Source: Alphaproteobacteria bacterium | GTDB taxonomy: Bacteria > Pseudomonadota > Alphaproteobacteria > MPNO01 | Direction: 5' to 3' | Length of the DNA: 64,000 bases | Assembly: GCA_964291675.2 (NCBI GenBank) | Contig: OZ219866.1 | Coordinates: forward strand, 224,001 to 288,000 | Part shown: in pieces, positions 55,886 through 64,000 of the stretch | How the letters are laid out: each line of letters begins with the position of its first letter | How positions within the stretch are numbered: the first letter of the stretch is position 1 | Program-made: the position numbers and the translations under genes | The notes under the pieces: model-generated | Databases searched by the model: none | What the model was told of the DNA's origin: nothing | The model's input: only the letters and a program-made list of their open reading frames with translations

Positions 55886-58333
55886 GTGGAGCGGGACGGC
55901 GGACCTCAGGTGTCGGACACAGGCGGCAACTCCACCGGGCCTTCCGGGAGCGAACCGAAGCAGCCCTCCCCTGCCGGCATGTCGGAGGCGCCGGTCGAGG
56001 CGAACGGCGACTGGATGGGCCGGCTTGCGCTCGCGCTCGCCTTCGTCCTGGTGGTCCTGGGGATGGCCAACAACCTTCCCAACATCCCGGGGCTGCTGGA
56101 GACCGTTCGATCGATACCCGGGCTCGAAGGGCTGCCGAGGCTGAGCAAGTACAGCTCGGAGTTCTTCTTTCCGCTGATGTTCTCCCTGATGCTGACGATC
56201 GCCCTGCTGGTGTCGTCGTTCGGGCGGAAATGGCGCGCCGGGCCGAAGCCCCGGTTCTGCCTCGGAATTGCGCTCGACGTCCTGATGCTGGCCGCGGTCC
56301 TCGGGACCTCGCTGGTCTACCTGATCGAGCACGACCAGGTATGCCTGATCGACACCGTCAGCGGCGAACGCGACCGGCTGCTCGCCGAGGCCAAGGCGCG
56401 GGCGGACGAATACATCGCCATCTACGGCACCCCGCCGGTCGAGGAATACCCCGAATGCCAGGCCATCCTCGGGAACTGGATCCTGCCCTGGCTGCTGTTT
56501 GCGGTGACGATCTTCTTCGTCTACGTCGTCAGGGTGTGGGGGCTTCCGATCGTCGCGGTGGCGATCGTCATCGCGGTCTACACCCTGCTCTCGTCCGCCG
56601 CGTGGTATTTCGACTGGACCGACCATCGCTATCTGACCACGTCGATCGGCACGGTCACCGAAGGGGCGAAGAGCTACGCGGCGGGGGTGATCGGCGCGCG
56701 CAACGCCATCACGCTGGAATCCAACGGCCTCCTCGGCCAGTTCCTCAACATCACCGTCAACATCGTCTTCCCCTATGTCGTCCTCGGCGCCCTGTTCGGC
56801 GCTTCCGCCGGCGGGCGGTCGCTGATCAAGCTCGCCGTGGTCATCACGCGGAAGCTGCGCGGCGGCCCGGCGCATGCGGCGATCGTGGGCTCGGCGACCT
56901 TCGGCACGATTTCGGGCGGCCCGGTGGTCAACGTGCTCGGCACCGGCACGCTTACCATCCCGATGATGATGCGGAGCGGTTTCGCGCCGACCTTCGCGGG
57001 CGGCGTCGAGGCCGCGGCATCGAGCGGCGGCCAGTTCATGCCGCCGGTCATGGGCATCGCCGCGTTCGTGCTGTCGGCGCTGTCGACGGTGCCCTATTCC
57101 GACGTGATCGTCGCGGCCTTCCTGCCCGCGCTCGCCTATTTCCTGAGCCTGTTCCTGGTGGCCGTCTTCGAGGCCCGCCGGTCGAACCTGCAAGTCGTCG
57201 GCCAGCTTACGGAGGCGCAGAAGCTGACGCGGCAGGACCGGATCAACCTGCTGATGATCGCGGGTCCGATATTGCTCATCCTGGTGCTGCTGCTGACCAA
57301 GAAGGATGCCGTCGGCACGGGGCCGCTCGGCTGGATCCTCGGCTACAGCCCGGGCGGCGGCGAGGCCCTGCCGTGGATTCTCAAGCTGTTCCAGAACGCC
57401 GCCGGCGATCCCGACTCGGCGGGCTTCTGGGCGGTCATACTCCTGCTCGCTTTGCTGTTCCTCGACGAAGAGGTCAGGAAGGCGCCGCGCAAGATCGTCT
57501 CCGCGCTGGCGAGCGCCGGGCTGATCATCGCCGAGCTGTTCCTGCTGCTCACCGCCGTCGCGGTCATCGATGTCTGCATCAACTTCACCAACTTCACCGG
57601 GATCATGACCATCGACATCCTGAACTGGCTGAAGACGGTCTCCGCCTTCACGCTGTTCGGGCAGGAGCTCACCATCGGCGGCCCGGCCTATCTCATGCTG
57701 GCCCTGGTGACCGCGATGATCGTCACCATCCTGCTGGGCATGGGCATGCCGACGCTGCCGGCCTACGTGAACGTGATCCTGATCATCGGGCCGCTGCTGG
57801 TCGCGCTCGGGACGTCCTACTTCACCGCCCACATGTTCATCTTCTACTTCGCCGTGGCCTCGGCGATCACGCCTCCGGTCGCCATCGCCGCGTTCGCGGC
57901 ATCGACGATCTCCAAGGCCGAGCCGATGGCGACCGGGGTCCAGGCGGTCCGCGTCGGGATCGTCATGTTCACGATACCCTTCGTGTTCGCCTTCTATCCG
58001 GAGCTCCTGCTGATCGAGCAGGCGCAGCTCGCGCAGTCGGTCGACGGCTCGCTCAGCGACAGGAAGACCTACCTGCCGGGCTATGACGGGACCGTGCAAC
58101 TGGAGGCGCTGGCATGGCTGGTGCTGCGGCTGGTGGTCGCGCTCTATCTGGTGGCGAGCGCGCTCAGCCGGTTCGACGCCGCCCGCCTCGCGCCCTACGA
58201 GGTCGCGCTGCGCCTGGTTCTCGCCTTTCTCCTGCTCCTCAAGGCGCCGGTCGTCGCGGGATCGGCGCTCGCGGTCACCGCCGTCTATCTGCTGCTGCAC
58301 CACGTGGCGGCGAGACGGCGCCGGGCCGGATGA
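55886..58333 (+). CDS. TRAP transporter fused (4TM/12TM) permease; start uncertain
   Basis: RGGPAH, GTISG, EAAASSGGQFMPPVMG, LGMGMPT, AHMFIFYFA..SAITPPV. Confidence 0.93.
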   Translation: MERDGGPQVSDTGGNSTGPSGSEPKQPSPAGMSEAPVEANGDWMGRLALALAFVLVVLGMANNLPNIPGLLETVRSIPGLEGLPRLSKYSSEFFFPLMFSLMLTIALLVSSFGRKWRAGPKPRFCLGIALDVLMLAAVLGTSLVYLIEHDQVCLIDTVSGERDRLLAEAKARADEYIAIYGTPPVEEYPECQAILGNWILPWLLFAVTIFFVYVVRVWGLPIVAVAIVIAVYTLLSSAAWYFDWTDHRYLTTSIGTVTEGAKSYAAGVIGARNAITLESNGLLGQFLNITVNIVFPYVVLGALFGASAGGRSLIKLAVVITRKLRGGPAHAAIVGSATFGTISGGPVVNVLGTGTLTIPMMMRSGFAPTFAGGVEAAASSGGQFMPPVMGIAAFVLSALSTVPYSDVIVAAFLPALAYFLSLFLVAVFEARRSNLQVVGQLTEAQKLTRQDRINLLMIAGPILLILVLLLTKKDAVGTGPLGWILGYSPGGGEALPWILKLFQNAAGDPDSAGFWAVILLLALLFLDEEVRKAPRKIVSALASAGLIIAELFLLLTAVAVIDVCINFTNFTGIMTIDILNWLKTVSAFTLFGQELTIGGPAYLMLALVTAMIVTILLGMGMPTLPAYVNVILIIGPLLVALGTSYFTAHMFIFYFAVASAITPPVAIAAFAASTISKAEPMATGVQAVRVGIVMFTIPFVFAFYPELLLIEQAQLAQSVDGSLSDRKTYLPGYDGTVQLEALAWLVLRLVVALYLVASALSRFDAARLAPYEVALRLVLAFLLLLKAPVVAGSALAVTAVYLLLHHVAARRRRAG

Positions 58334-58389
58334 CCGCGCCGGTCCCCGCCGCTAGATTGCGCCGTCGAGACAAACCCCCGGAGACCCGG

Positions 58390-59268
58390 ATGACCGAGAT
58401 ACCGCGGCTCAACGGCGTCGTCGCGGCGCTGGAAGCCGGACAATGCGCGTTCACCACCTTCGCCACCGCCGACATCCAGAGCGCCATCGCCATGTCGGCG
58501 ACGCGCTACGACGGGATCGTGTTCGAGATGGAGCACAACCCGTGGGACATCCGCGCGCTTCGCGACTCGCTGCAATACATGCTGAACCGCGCGCAGATCG
58601 CCGCCGCGGGCTCGGTCGCGCCGGCGGTCACCCCGATGGTCCGCATCCCGCCCAACGGCGCGGAGAAGGGCCAGTGGCACGCCAAGCAGGCGCTCGATCT
58701 CGGCGTCTACGGGGTCGTGTGGCCGCATGTCAGCAGCGTGGAGGAGGCCCATAACGCGGTCGCGTCGTGCCGCTACCCGCGCCTGAAGGGCGCGCCGCTC
58801 TACGAGCCCGCCGGGGTGCGCGGCGACGGGCCGCGCCACGCGGTGCGCTACTGGGGGCTGTCGCAGCAGGACTATTACCGCAAGGCGGATGTCTGGCCGC
58901 TGGCGCCCGACGGCGAGATCCTCGTCATCCTGATGATCGAGGACACCGCCGGCATCGAGAGCCTCGCGGACATGCTCGACAACGTGCCGGGCATCGGCGC
59001 GGTGCTGATCGGCGAGGGGGATCTCAGCCAGGAGCTCGGCTTCCCGCGGCAATACGACCACCCGGAGGTGAGGGACGCGATGGCGCGCATCGTCGACACT
59101 TGCGCCTCGCGCGGCGTCGTCGTCGGCCATCCGCATGTCGATGCGGGGAATGTCGAGCGCGTCCTCGACGAGGGCTACCGGTTTCTGATGGCCGCGCCGG
59201 CCACAAGCTATGCCGGGCTGGAAAAGGGGCTCGAGCTTTCCGGCCGCGCCCGGGAAGGAAGACCATGA
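58390..59268 (+). CDS. HpcH/HpaI class II aldolase
   Basis: FEMEH, VRIP, ALDLG, MIED, IGEGDLS. Confidence 0.88.
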   Translation: MTEIPRLNGVVAALEAGQCAFTTFATADIQSAIAMSATRYDGIVFEMEHNPWDIRALRDSLQYMLNRAQIAAAGSVAPAVTPMVRIPPNGAEKGQWHAKQALDLGVYGVVWPHVSSVEEAHNAVASCRYPRLKGAPLYEPAGVRGDGPRHAVRYWGLSQQDYYRKADVWPLAPDGEILVILMIEDTAGIESLADMLDNVPGIGAVLIGEGDLSQELGFPRQYDHPEVRDAMARIVDTCASRGVVVGHPHVDAGNVERVLDEGYRFLMAAPATSYAGLEKGLELSGRAREGRP

Positions 59269-60287
59269 TCATCGACTGCCACGGCCACTACACCACCGCG
59301 CCGGCGGCGCTCAGGGAGTACCGGGCGGCGCAGGTGGAGGGGCTCAAGGACCCGGGCTACCGGCCGATGCCGGCCGATCTCGGCATCTCCGACGACGAGA
59401 TCCGCGAGAGCCTGGAAGGCGCGCAGCTCAAGCTGCAACGCGAACGGGGCACGGATTTGACGATCTTCTCGCCGAGGGCCGCCGGGATGGCGCACCAGGA
59501 CGGCGACGCGCCGGCCAACCGGTACTGGTCGGAGATCTGCAACGACATGATCCACCGGGCGGTCGCGCTGTATCCCGACAACTTCGTCGGCGTCTGCCAG
59601 CTACCGCAGGTGCCGGGCACGCCGCCGGCGAACTGCATTCCGGAGCTCGTCCGCTGCATCGACGAGCTCGGCTTCATCGGCTGCAATCTGAACCCGGACC
59701 CGACCGGCGGCTACTGGACCGACCCGCCGCTCTTCGACCGCTGGTGGTACCCGCTCTACGAGAAGCTGTGCGAGCTCGACGTGCCGGCGATGATCCACGT
59801 CTCGTCGTCCTGCAACCCGCATTTCCACTTCACCGGCGCGCATTACATCAACGGGGACACGGCCGCCTTCATGCAGCTGCTGACCTCGGACCTGTTCGCC
59901 GATTTCCCGCGCCTCAAACTCATCATCCCGCATGGCGGCGGCGCGGCACCCTTCCACTGGGGGCGCTATCGCGGTCTCGCGCAGGGCATGGGGCGGCCGC
60001 CGCTGGACGAGCTGCTGCTGGAGAACGTCTTCTTCGACACCTGCGTCTACCACCAGCCGGGGATCGACCTGCTGACCCGCGTCATCCCGGCGAAGAACAT
60101 CCTGTTCGCATCCGAGATGGTCGGCGCGGTGCGCGGCATCGATCCCGAGACCGGGTTTCCCTTCGACGATACCAAGCGCTACATCGACGCGGCCGACGGG
60201 CTGGACGCGGCGGAGAAGCGGATGATCTTCGAGGACAATGCCCGGCGCGTGTTCTCCCGGCTGAGCCGCCGCGCGAAGCAACCTTGA
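59265..60287 (+). CDS. ligJ: 4-oxalomesaconate hydratase (amidohydrolase family)
   Basis: MIIDCHGHYTTAP, FSPRA..MAH, NLNPDP, PHGGGAAPFHWGR, ASEMVGAVRGIDPETG..FDDTKRY. Confidence 0.88.
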   Translation: MIIDCHGHYTTAPAALREYRAAQVEGLKDPGYRPMPADLGISDDEIRESLEGAQLKLQRERGTDLTIFSPRAAGMAHQDGDAPANRYWSEICNDMIHRAVALYPDNFVGVCQLPQVPGTPPANCIPELVRCIDELGFIGCNLNPDPTGGYWTDPPLFDRWWYPLYEKLCELDVPAMIHVSSSCNPHFHFTGAHYINGDTAAFMQLLTSDLFADFPRLKLIIPHGGGAAPFHWGRYRGLAQGMGRPPLDELLLENVFFDTCVYHQPGIDLLTRVIPAKNILFASEMVGAVRGIDPETGFPFDDTKRYIDAADGLDAAEKRMIFEDNARRVFSRLSRRAKQP

Positions 60288-60376
60288 CTTGCAGTGTCGT
60301 TTTCAATGCAATCGACAGGGGAGTCCAAGTGGTCTAGTGTGGCAGGGAACTGTCCGCAGATGACGAAGGACGCCCC

Positions 60377-61435
60377 GTGCATTTTCGTCCTTTCGCCCCG
60401 CTCTGCCTCGTCCTGGCGGCATCGGCACAGGCCGATGCGCAGACCCTGAGGATAAAGGTCGCGGCTGCCCCGCCCGAGACGGCGACCTTCGTGGGCACCT
60501 TCAAGAGAAACGTCGTGCCCGCCATCGACAAGCGCCTCGAGGCGAGCGGCGAGGGTTTCAGTATCAGATGGACCCACGCCTATGCGGGAAAGCTGGCGAA
60601 GTCGGGCGAGGTTTTCGAAGCCGTCGCACAGGGCATCGGCGGGGCGGGGCTGATACGCAAGGACCTGGAGCCCGCCAACCTGCCGCTCGAAGCCTATGCC
60701 GTTCACATGCCCTTCGCCGACATCACGCGGGGGCAGGTCGCGGAGGTGGACGCGAAGCTGCGCAGCGAAATCTCCGAGCTCAACCGGGCCTATGAGCGCC
60801 ACAACCAGGTGTTCATCGCCAGCGGCGTCGACGACTCGGCCCACCTCTTCGCCATGTTCCCGTTGACCAGGGTCACGGATCTCAAGAACCGCAAGCTGGC
60901 ATCGCGCGGCAGCTTCGCGCAATGGCTGCGCGGCACCGGCGCGATCCCGGTCGACGCGGCGATCGACCGGTCCCGCGGCGACCTCAAGAAAGGCCTGTAC
61001 CAGGGCTATTTGACCGGGATCGTCCCGAGCTACGTCCACGAGACCTATGCGGCGGCGCGGTTTTTCACCCGGATCGATTTCGGCCCCATGCCGGCATCCG
61101 GCATCACCTTCAACGGCAACGCCTGGCAGAAGATTCCGGCCCATGCCCGGCGGATCGTCCGCGAGGAAGCCGGCAGGTGGAACCAGTACCAGACCGCGGT
61201 GGACCTGGTGAAACGGTCGCGTTTCCTCGGCATCATGAAGCGGAAGGGGGTCAGCGAATTGACGCTGTCCCGGTCCGAGCGCGGGAAATGGGCCGCGCTG
61301 ATGCCCAATATCGCCCGCGAATGGGCGGACCGCCTGGACCGACGCGGCCTTCCGGGCACCCGGTTGATGAGAGCCTATATGGACGAGCTTCGCAATCGCG
61401 GCATCCGCATCGCGCGCCACTGGGACGAGGGCTAG
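60377..61435 (+). CDS. DctP-type TRAP solute-binding protein
   Basis: Signal peptide, WTHAYAGKL, EPANLPL, DLKNRK, N.NAWQKIP. Confidence 0.8.
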   Translation: MHFRPFAPLCLVLAASAQADAQTLRIKVAAAPPETATFVGTFKRNVVPAIDKRLEASGEGFSIRWTHAYAGKLAKSGEVFEAVAQGIGGAGLIRKDLEPANLPLEAYAVHMPFADITRGQVAEVDAKLRSEISELNRAYERHNQVFIASGVDDSAHLFAMFPLTRVTDLKNRKLASRGSFAQWLRGTGAIPVDAAIDRSRGDLKKGLYQGYLTGIVPSYVHETYAAARFFTRIDFGPMPASGITFNGNAWQKIPAHARRIVREEAGRWNQYQTAVDLVKRSRFLGIMKRKGVSELTLSRSERGKWAALMPNIAREWADRLDRRGLPGTRLMRAYMDELRNRGIRIARHWDEG

Positions 61436-61572
61436 CCGCCGGGCGGTTGCCGCCGGACAACCTCGCTTTCGACGCCCGCCTCTGTCGCCGGCTCGCGATA
61501 CCGGCCCTGCCGCCGTTCGGCGTCGAGCCGATCCGGTTCGGCATCGCGACCGCCCGGGTGCGAGAAGCGGCC

Positions 61573-62145
61573 TCAGGCGGGCTGGGCGGCTTCGAACTGG
61601 ACGCAGATCTTGGCGGTCTCGTCGGCCGGGATGGGCTCGTCGGTCAGCGCGCAGTGGCACGACTCCGCCGCATCGCCCTGCGCGACGGGACGGAAATGGA
61701 CGCAGTTCACGCAGGGGCCGAATTCCGGCATGCCCTTCGCCGACTGAACCGCCCGCACCAGCCCGTCGAGACCGTCGGCAAGCCGAAGCTGCGCCTCGCA
61801 ATCGAGCGCATCCGCGGCCCGCAACACGAGGCACAGCGGGTCCTCCTCGATCAGCGCCCGCCCGGTATCGGTAAGATCGACGTTCAGGGCGCGGCGGTCG
61901 GCGTCGCATCGCAGCCGCCGGATGTATCCCTTGGCCTCGAGCGCGATCAGGGTCTGGGAGACCGTTCCCCGTGTGGTGCCGAGATAGCGCGCGATGGCGC
62001 CCGGCGAGCGCGAATAGCGGTTGGCGCGGGCGATGAACCGGAGCGCTTCCCACTGGGCGGGGTTGAGGCCGGAGGCGTATTGCAGCCCGTGGGCCATCCG
62101 GCCCAGTCGATCGACCAGCTCGGCGATGCGGGCGCATTCCGACAT
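61573..62145 (-). CDS. MarR family regulator with C-terminal Cys cluster
   Basis: LNPAQWEALR, TRGTVSQTL..LEAKG, DRR; CVNCVHF...CHC...KIC. Confidence 0.88.
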   Translation of the reverse strand: MSECARIAELVDRLGRMAHGLQYASGLNPAQWEALRFIARANRYSRSPGAIARYLGTTRGTVSQTLIALEAKGYIRRLRCDADRRALNVDLTDTGRALIEEDPLCLVLRAADALDCEAQLRLADGLDGLVRAVQSAKGMPEFGPCVNCVHFRPVAQGDAAESCHCALTDEPIPADETAKICVQFEAAQPA

Positions 62146-62229
62146 CCGGGGTTACTTAGAACCCTTGCCTCCGTTCGGCCACCCCGCCGGCAAGAAAATT
62201 TCTTGTCCGGCCCGATCCGCCACATTTTG

Positions 62230-62289
62230 TTTCGACTCGATAATGTTGTTGAACCACCTGAATCGAACCGGTATGGTATCGACTCGATA
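62230..62289. promoter_or_regulatory. Two palindromic operators T(T/A)TCGA-C-TCGATA in the marR/rpoH divergent region
   Basis: TTTCGACTCGATA 62230..62242 and TATCGACTCGATA 62277..62289. Confidence 0.65.
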
Positions 62290-62354
62290 GGAAGTGTCCG
62301 TCCCGCTCGCCGTTCCGCTCGGAGGCGGCGGGGCGGATTTTCGGGAATCGCGTC

Positions 62355-63233
62355 ATGGCCCAAGGATCGACATCGTACCCGGACCGCGGCGACCGCCGCT
62401 ATATCTCGACCGTCATGGACGCGCCGATCCTGGAGCGCGAGCACGAGGCCGATCTGGCGCGGCGCTGGCGCGAGAAGGCCGACGAGAGCGCGCTGGGCGA
62501 GCTGATCACGGCCCATATCCGCCTGGTGGTCCGCATCGCGTCCAAGTTCCGCGGCTACGGGCTGCCGGTCGGCGACCTCATCCAGGAAGGCAATGTCGGA
62601 TTGCTGGAGGCGGCCAACCGCTTCGACGTCGAGCGCCAGGTGCGTTTCTCGACCTATGCGACGTGGTGGATTCTCGCGGCCATCCAGGAATACGTGGTTC
62701 GCAACGCCTCCATCGTGCGGATCGGCACGACCCCGGCGCAGAAAAGCCTGTTCTTCAACCTGAGGCGGCTTCGCGCCCAGCTCACCGACAACGCGCGTGC
62801 GACCATGTCGGACGAGGAGCGCGAGCGGATCGGGCGCGAGCTCGGCGTGTCTTCCGCCGCGGTGGCGCGGATGGAGGCGCATCTCTCCCATCCCGACCGG
62901 TCGCTCAATGCGAGCATCTCGGGCGACGACGGCGACGAGATGCAGGACCTGCTCGCCGACGACAGCCCCTCGCCCGAGGATATCGTCCGCGAGCGGCACG
63001 ACTTCGCGGCGCGCGCGGCCTGGCTGCGCGAGGCGATGGCGGATTTGACGCCGCGCGAACGGCAGGTGATCACCCGCCGGTTCCTCAAGGAGGGCAAGAG
63101 CACGCTCGCCGAGATCGGCGAGAGCTTCGGCGTGACCAAGGAACGCATCCGCCAGATCGAAGGCAAGGCGCTCGCCAAGCTGAAGACGATCCTGGCCGAG
63201 CGCAACGACCTCCAGGACCTCACGCTCAACTGA
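62355..63233 (+). CDS. rpoH: Sigma-32 family sigma factor (RpoH2-like)
   Basis: DLIQEGNVGL, RFSTYATWW, RpoH box QKSLFFNLR, KERIRQIE. Confidence 0.93.
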   Translation: MAQGSTSYPDRGDRRYISTVMDAPILEREHEADLARRWREKADESALGELITAHIRLVVRIASKFRGYGLPVGDLIQEGNVGLLEAANRFDVERQVRFSTYATWWILAAIQEYVVRNASIVRIGTTPAQKSLFFNLRRLRAQLTDNARATMSDEERERIGRELGVSSAAVARMEAHLSHPDRSLNASISGDDGDEMQDLLADDSPSPEDIVRERHDFAARAAWLREAMADLTPRERQVITRRFLKEGKSTLAEIGESFGVTKERIRQIEGKALAKLKTILAERNDLQDLTLN

Positions 63234-63312
63234 TCCCGCCCGCCACGCTGCCTTGTTGATCCCCGCAGCCGTCGAGGCGTAGTGTTGCCGGCTCGACGAA
63301 ACGGGGGTTCCC

Positions 63313-64000
63313 TTGGCTCTGGGACGATTTCCGACCACGCGGCTGCGGCGCAATCGCCAGACCGGCTGGAACCGCAGGCTGGTGGCCGAGACGCGGCTCG
63401 GGGCCGACGATCTGATCTGGCCCACCTTCGTGCATGACGGGGCGGAGGACCGCGCCGCGGTCGGCTCGTTCCCGGGCGTCTACCGGCTGAGCGTCCCGCG
63501 CCTCGTCGACGAGGTGGGCGAGGCGGCAGCGCTGGGCATCCCCATGGTCGCGGTTTTCCCGGTGACCGACCCGGCGCTCAAGACCCCGGACGGGGACGAG
63601 GCGGTGAACCCCGGGAACCTCGTCTGCCGCGCGGTGGCGGCGATCAAGCGCGCGGTGCCGGATATCGGCGTGATGTGCGATGTGGCGCTCGATCCGTTCA
63701 CCAGCCACGGCCATGACGGGCTGCTGCGCGACGGGGCGATCGTCAACGACGAGACGGTCGAAATGCTGTGCCGTCAGGCGGTGGTCCAGGCGGATGCAGG
63801 CTGCGACGTGATCGCGCCGAGCGACATGATGGACGGCAGGGTGGGCGCGATCCGCCGCGCGCTGGACGAGGCCGGCCACCAGGACCGCCGCATTCTCTCC
63901 TACGCCGCCAAATACGCCTCCGCCCTGTACGGGCCGTTCCGCGACGCGGTGGGATCGGCGCCGAGCCTCGCCGGCGGCGACAAGAAGACCTACCAGATGG
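63313..64000 (+). CDS. hemB: Porphobilinogen synthase, 3'-truncated by the window (missing from the ORF track)
   Basis: Manual translation from TTG: GRFPTTRLRRNR, DVALDPFTSHGHDG, APSDMMDGR, SYAAKYAS..YGPFRDA, KKTYQM. Confidence 0.96.
   Translation, partial: MALGRFPTTRLRRNRQTGWNRRLVAETRLGADDLIWPTFVHDGAEDRAAVGSFPGVYRLSVPRLVDEVGEAAALGIPMVAVFPVTDPALKTPDGDEAVNPGNLVCRAVAAIKRAVPDIGVMCDVALDPFTSHGHDGLLRDGAIVNDETVEMLCRQAVVQADAGCDVIAPSDMMDGRVGAIRRALDEAGHQDRRILSYAAKYASALYGPFRDAVGSAPSLAGGDKKTYQM

Overview
GC-rich alphaproteobacterial chromosome segment. The assignment rests on an RpoH-family sigma factor, a GTTC-N7-GTTC LexA box and ETF-QO/UDG/TPR/ispE synteny. The window holds about 55 real CDS and one tRNA-Gln(UUG). 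Left to right: an AT-richer PepSY-like/response regulator/Cys-rich histidine kinase islet; an outer-membrane barrel, a LuxR regulator and two TbpB-like surface lipoproteins; trehalose genes (otsB, otsA, GH15); sugar-acid catabolism; apt; three UbiD decarboxylases; a VapBC pair next to a DUF262/DUF1524 (GmrSD-like) nuclease; a bicupin with an orphan EutA-like ATPase; aromatic-acid catabolism and TRAP transporters; housekeeping genes; a Cys-rich MarR divergent from an RpoH paralogue; and a partial hemB. Intergenic DNA is dense with two REP-like palindrome families, long mosaic tandem arrays and CTAG-ended MITE-like elements. Best leads: (i) the cupin/EutA-like operon lacking eutBC; (ii) a lipoprotein gene bracketed by direct-repeat arrays; (iii) an otsA-GH15 block bracketed by inverted repeats; (iv) MITE ends that supply start and stop codons; (v) a MarR/RpoH switch with two visible operators. 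No CRISPR array, transposase or integrase was seen. All family calls come from motif recognition by eye, not database searches.
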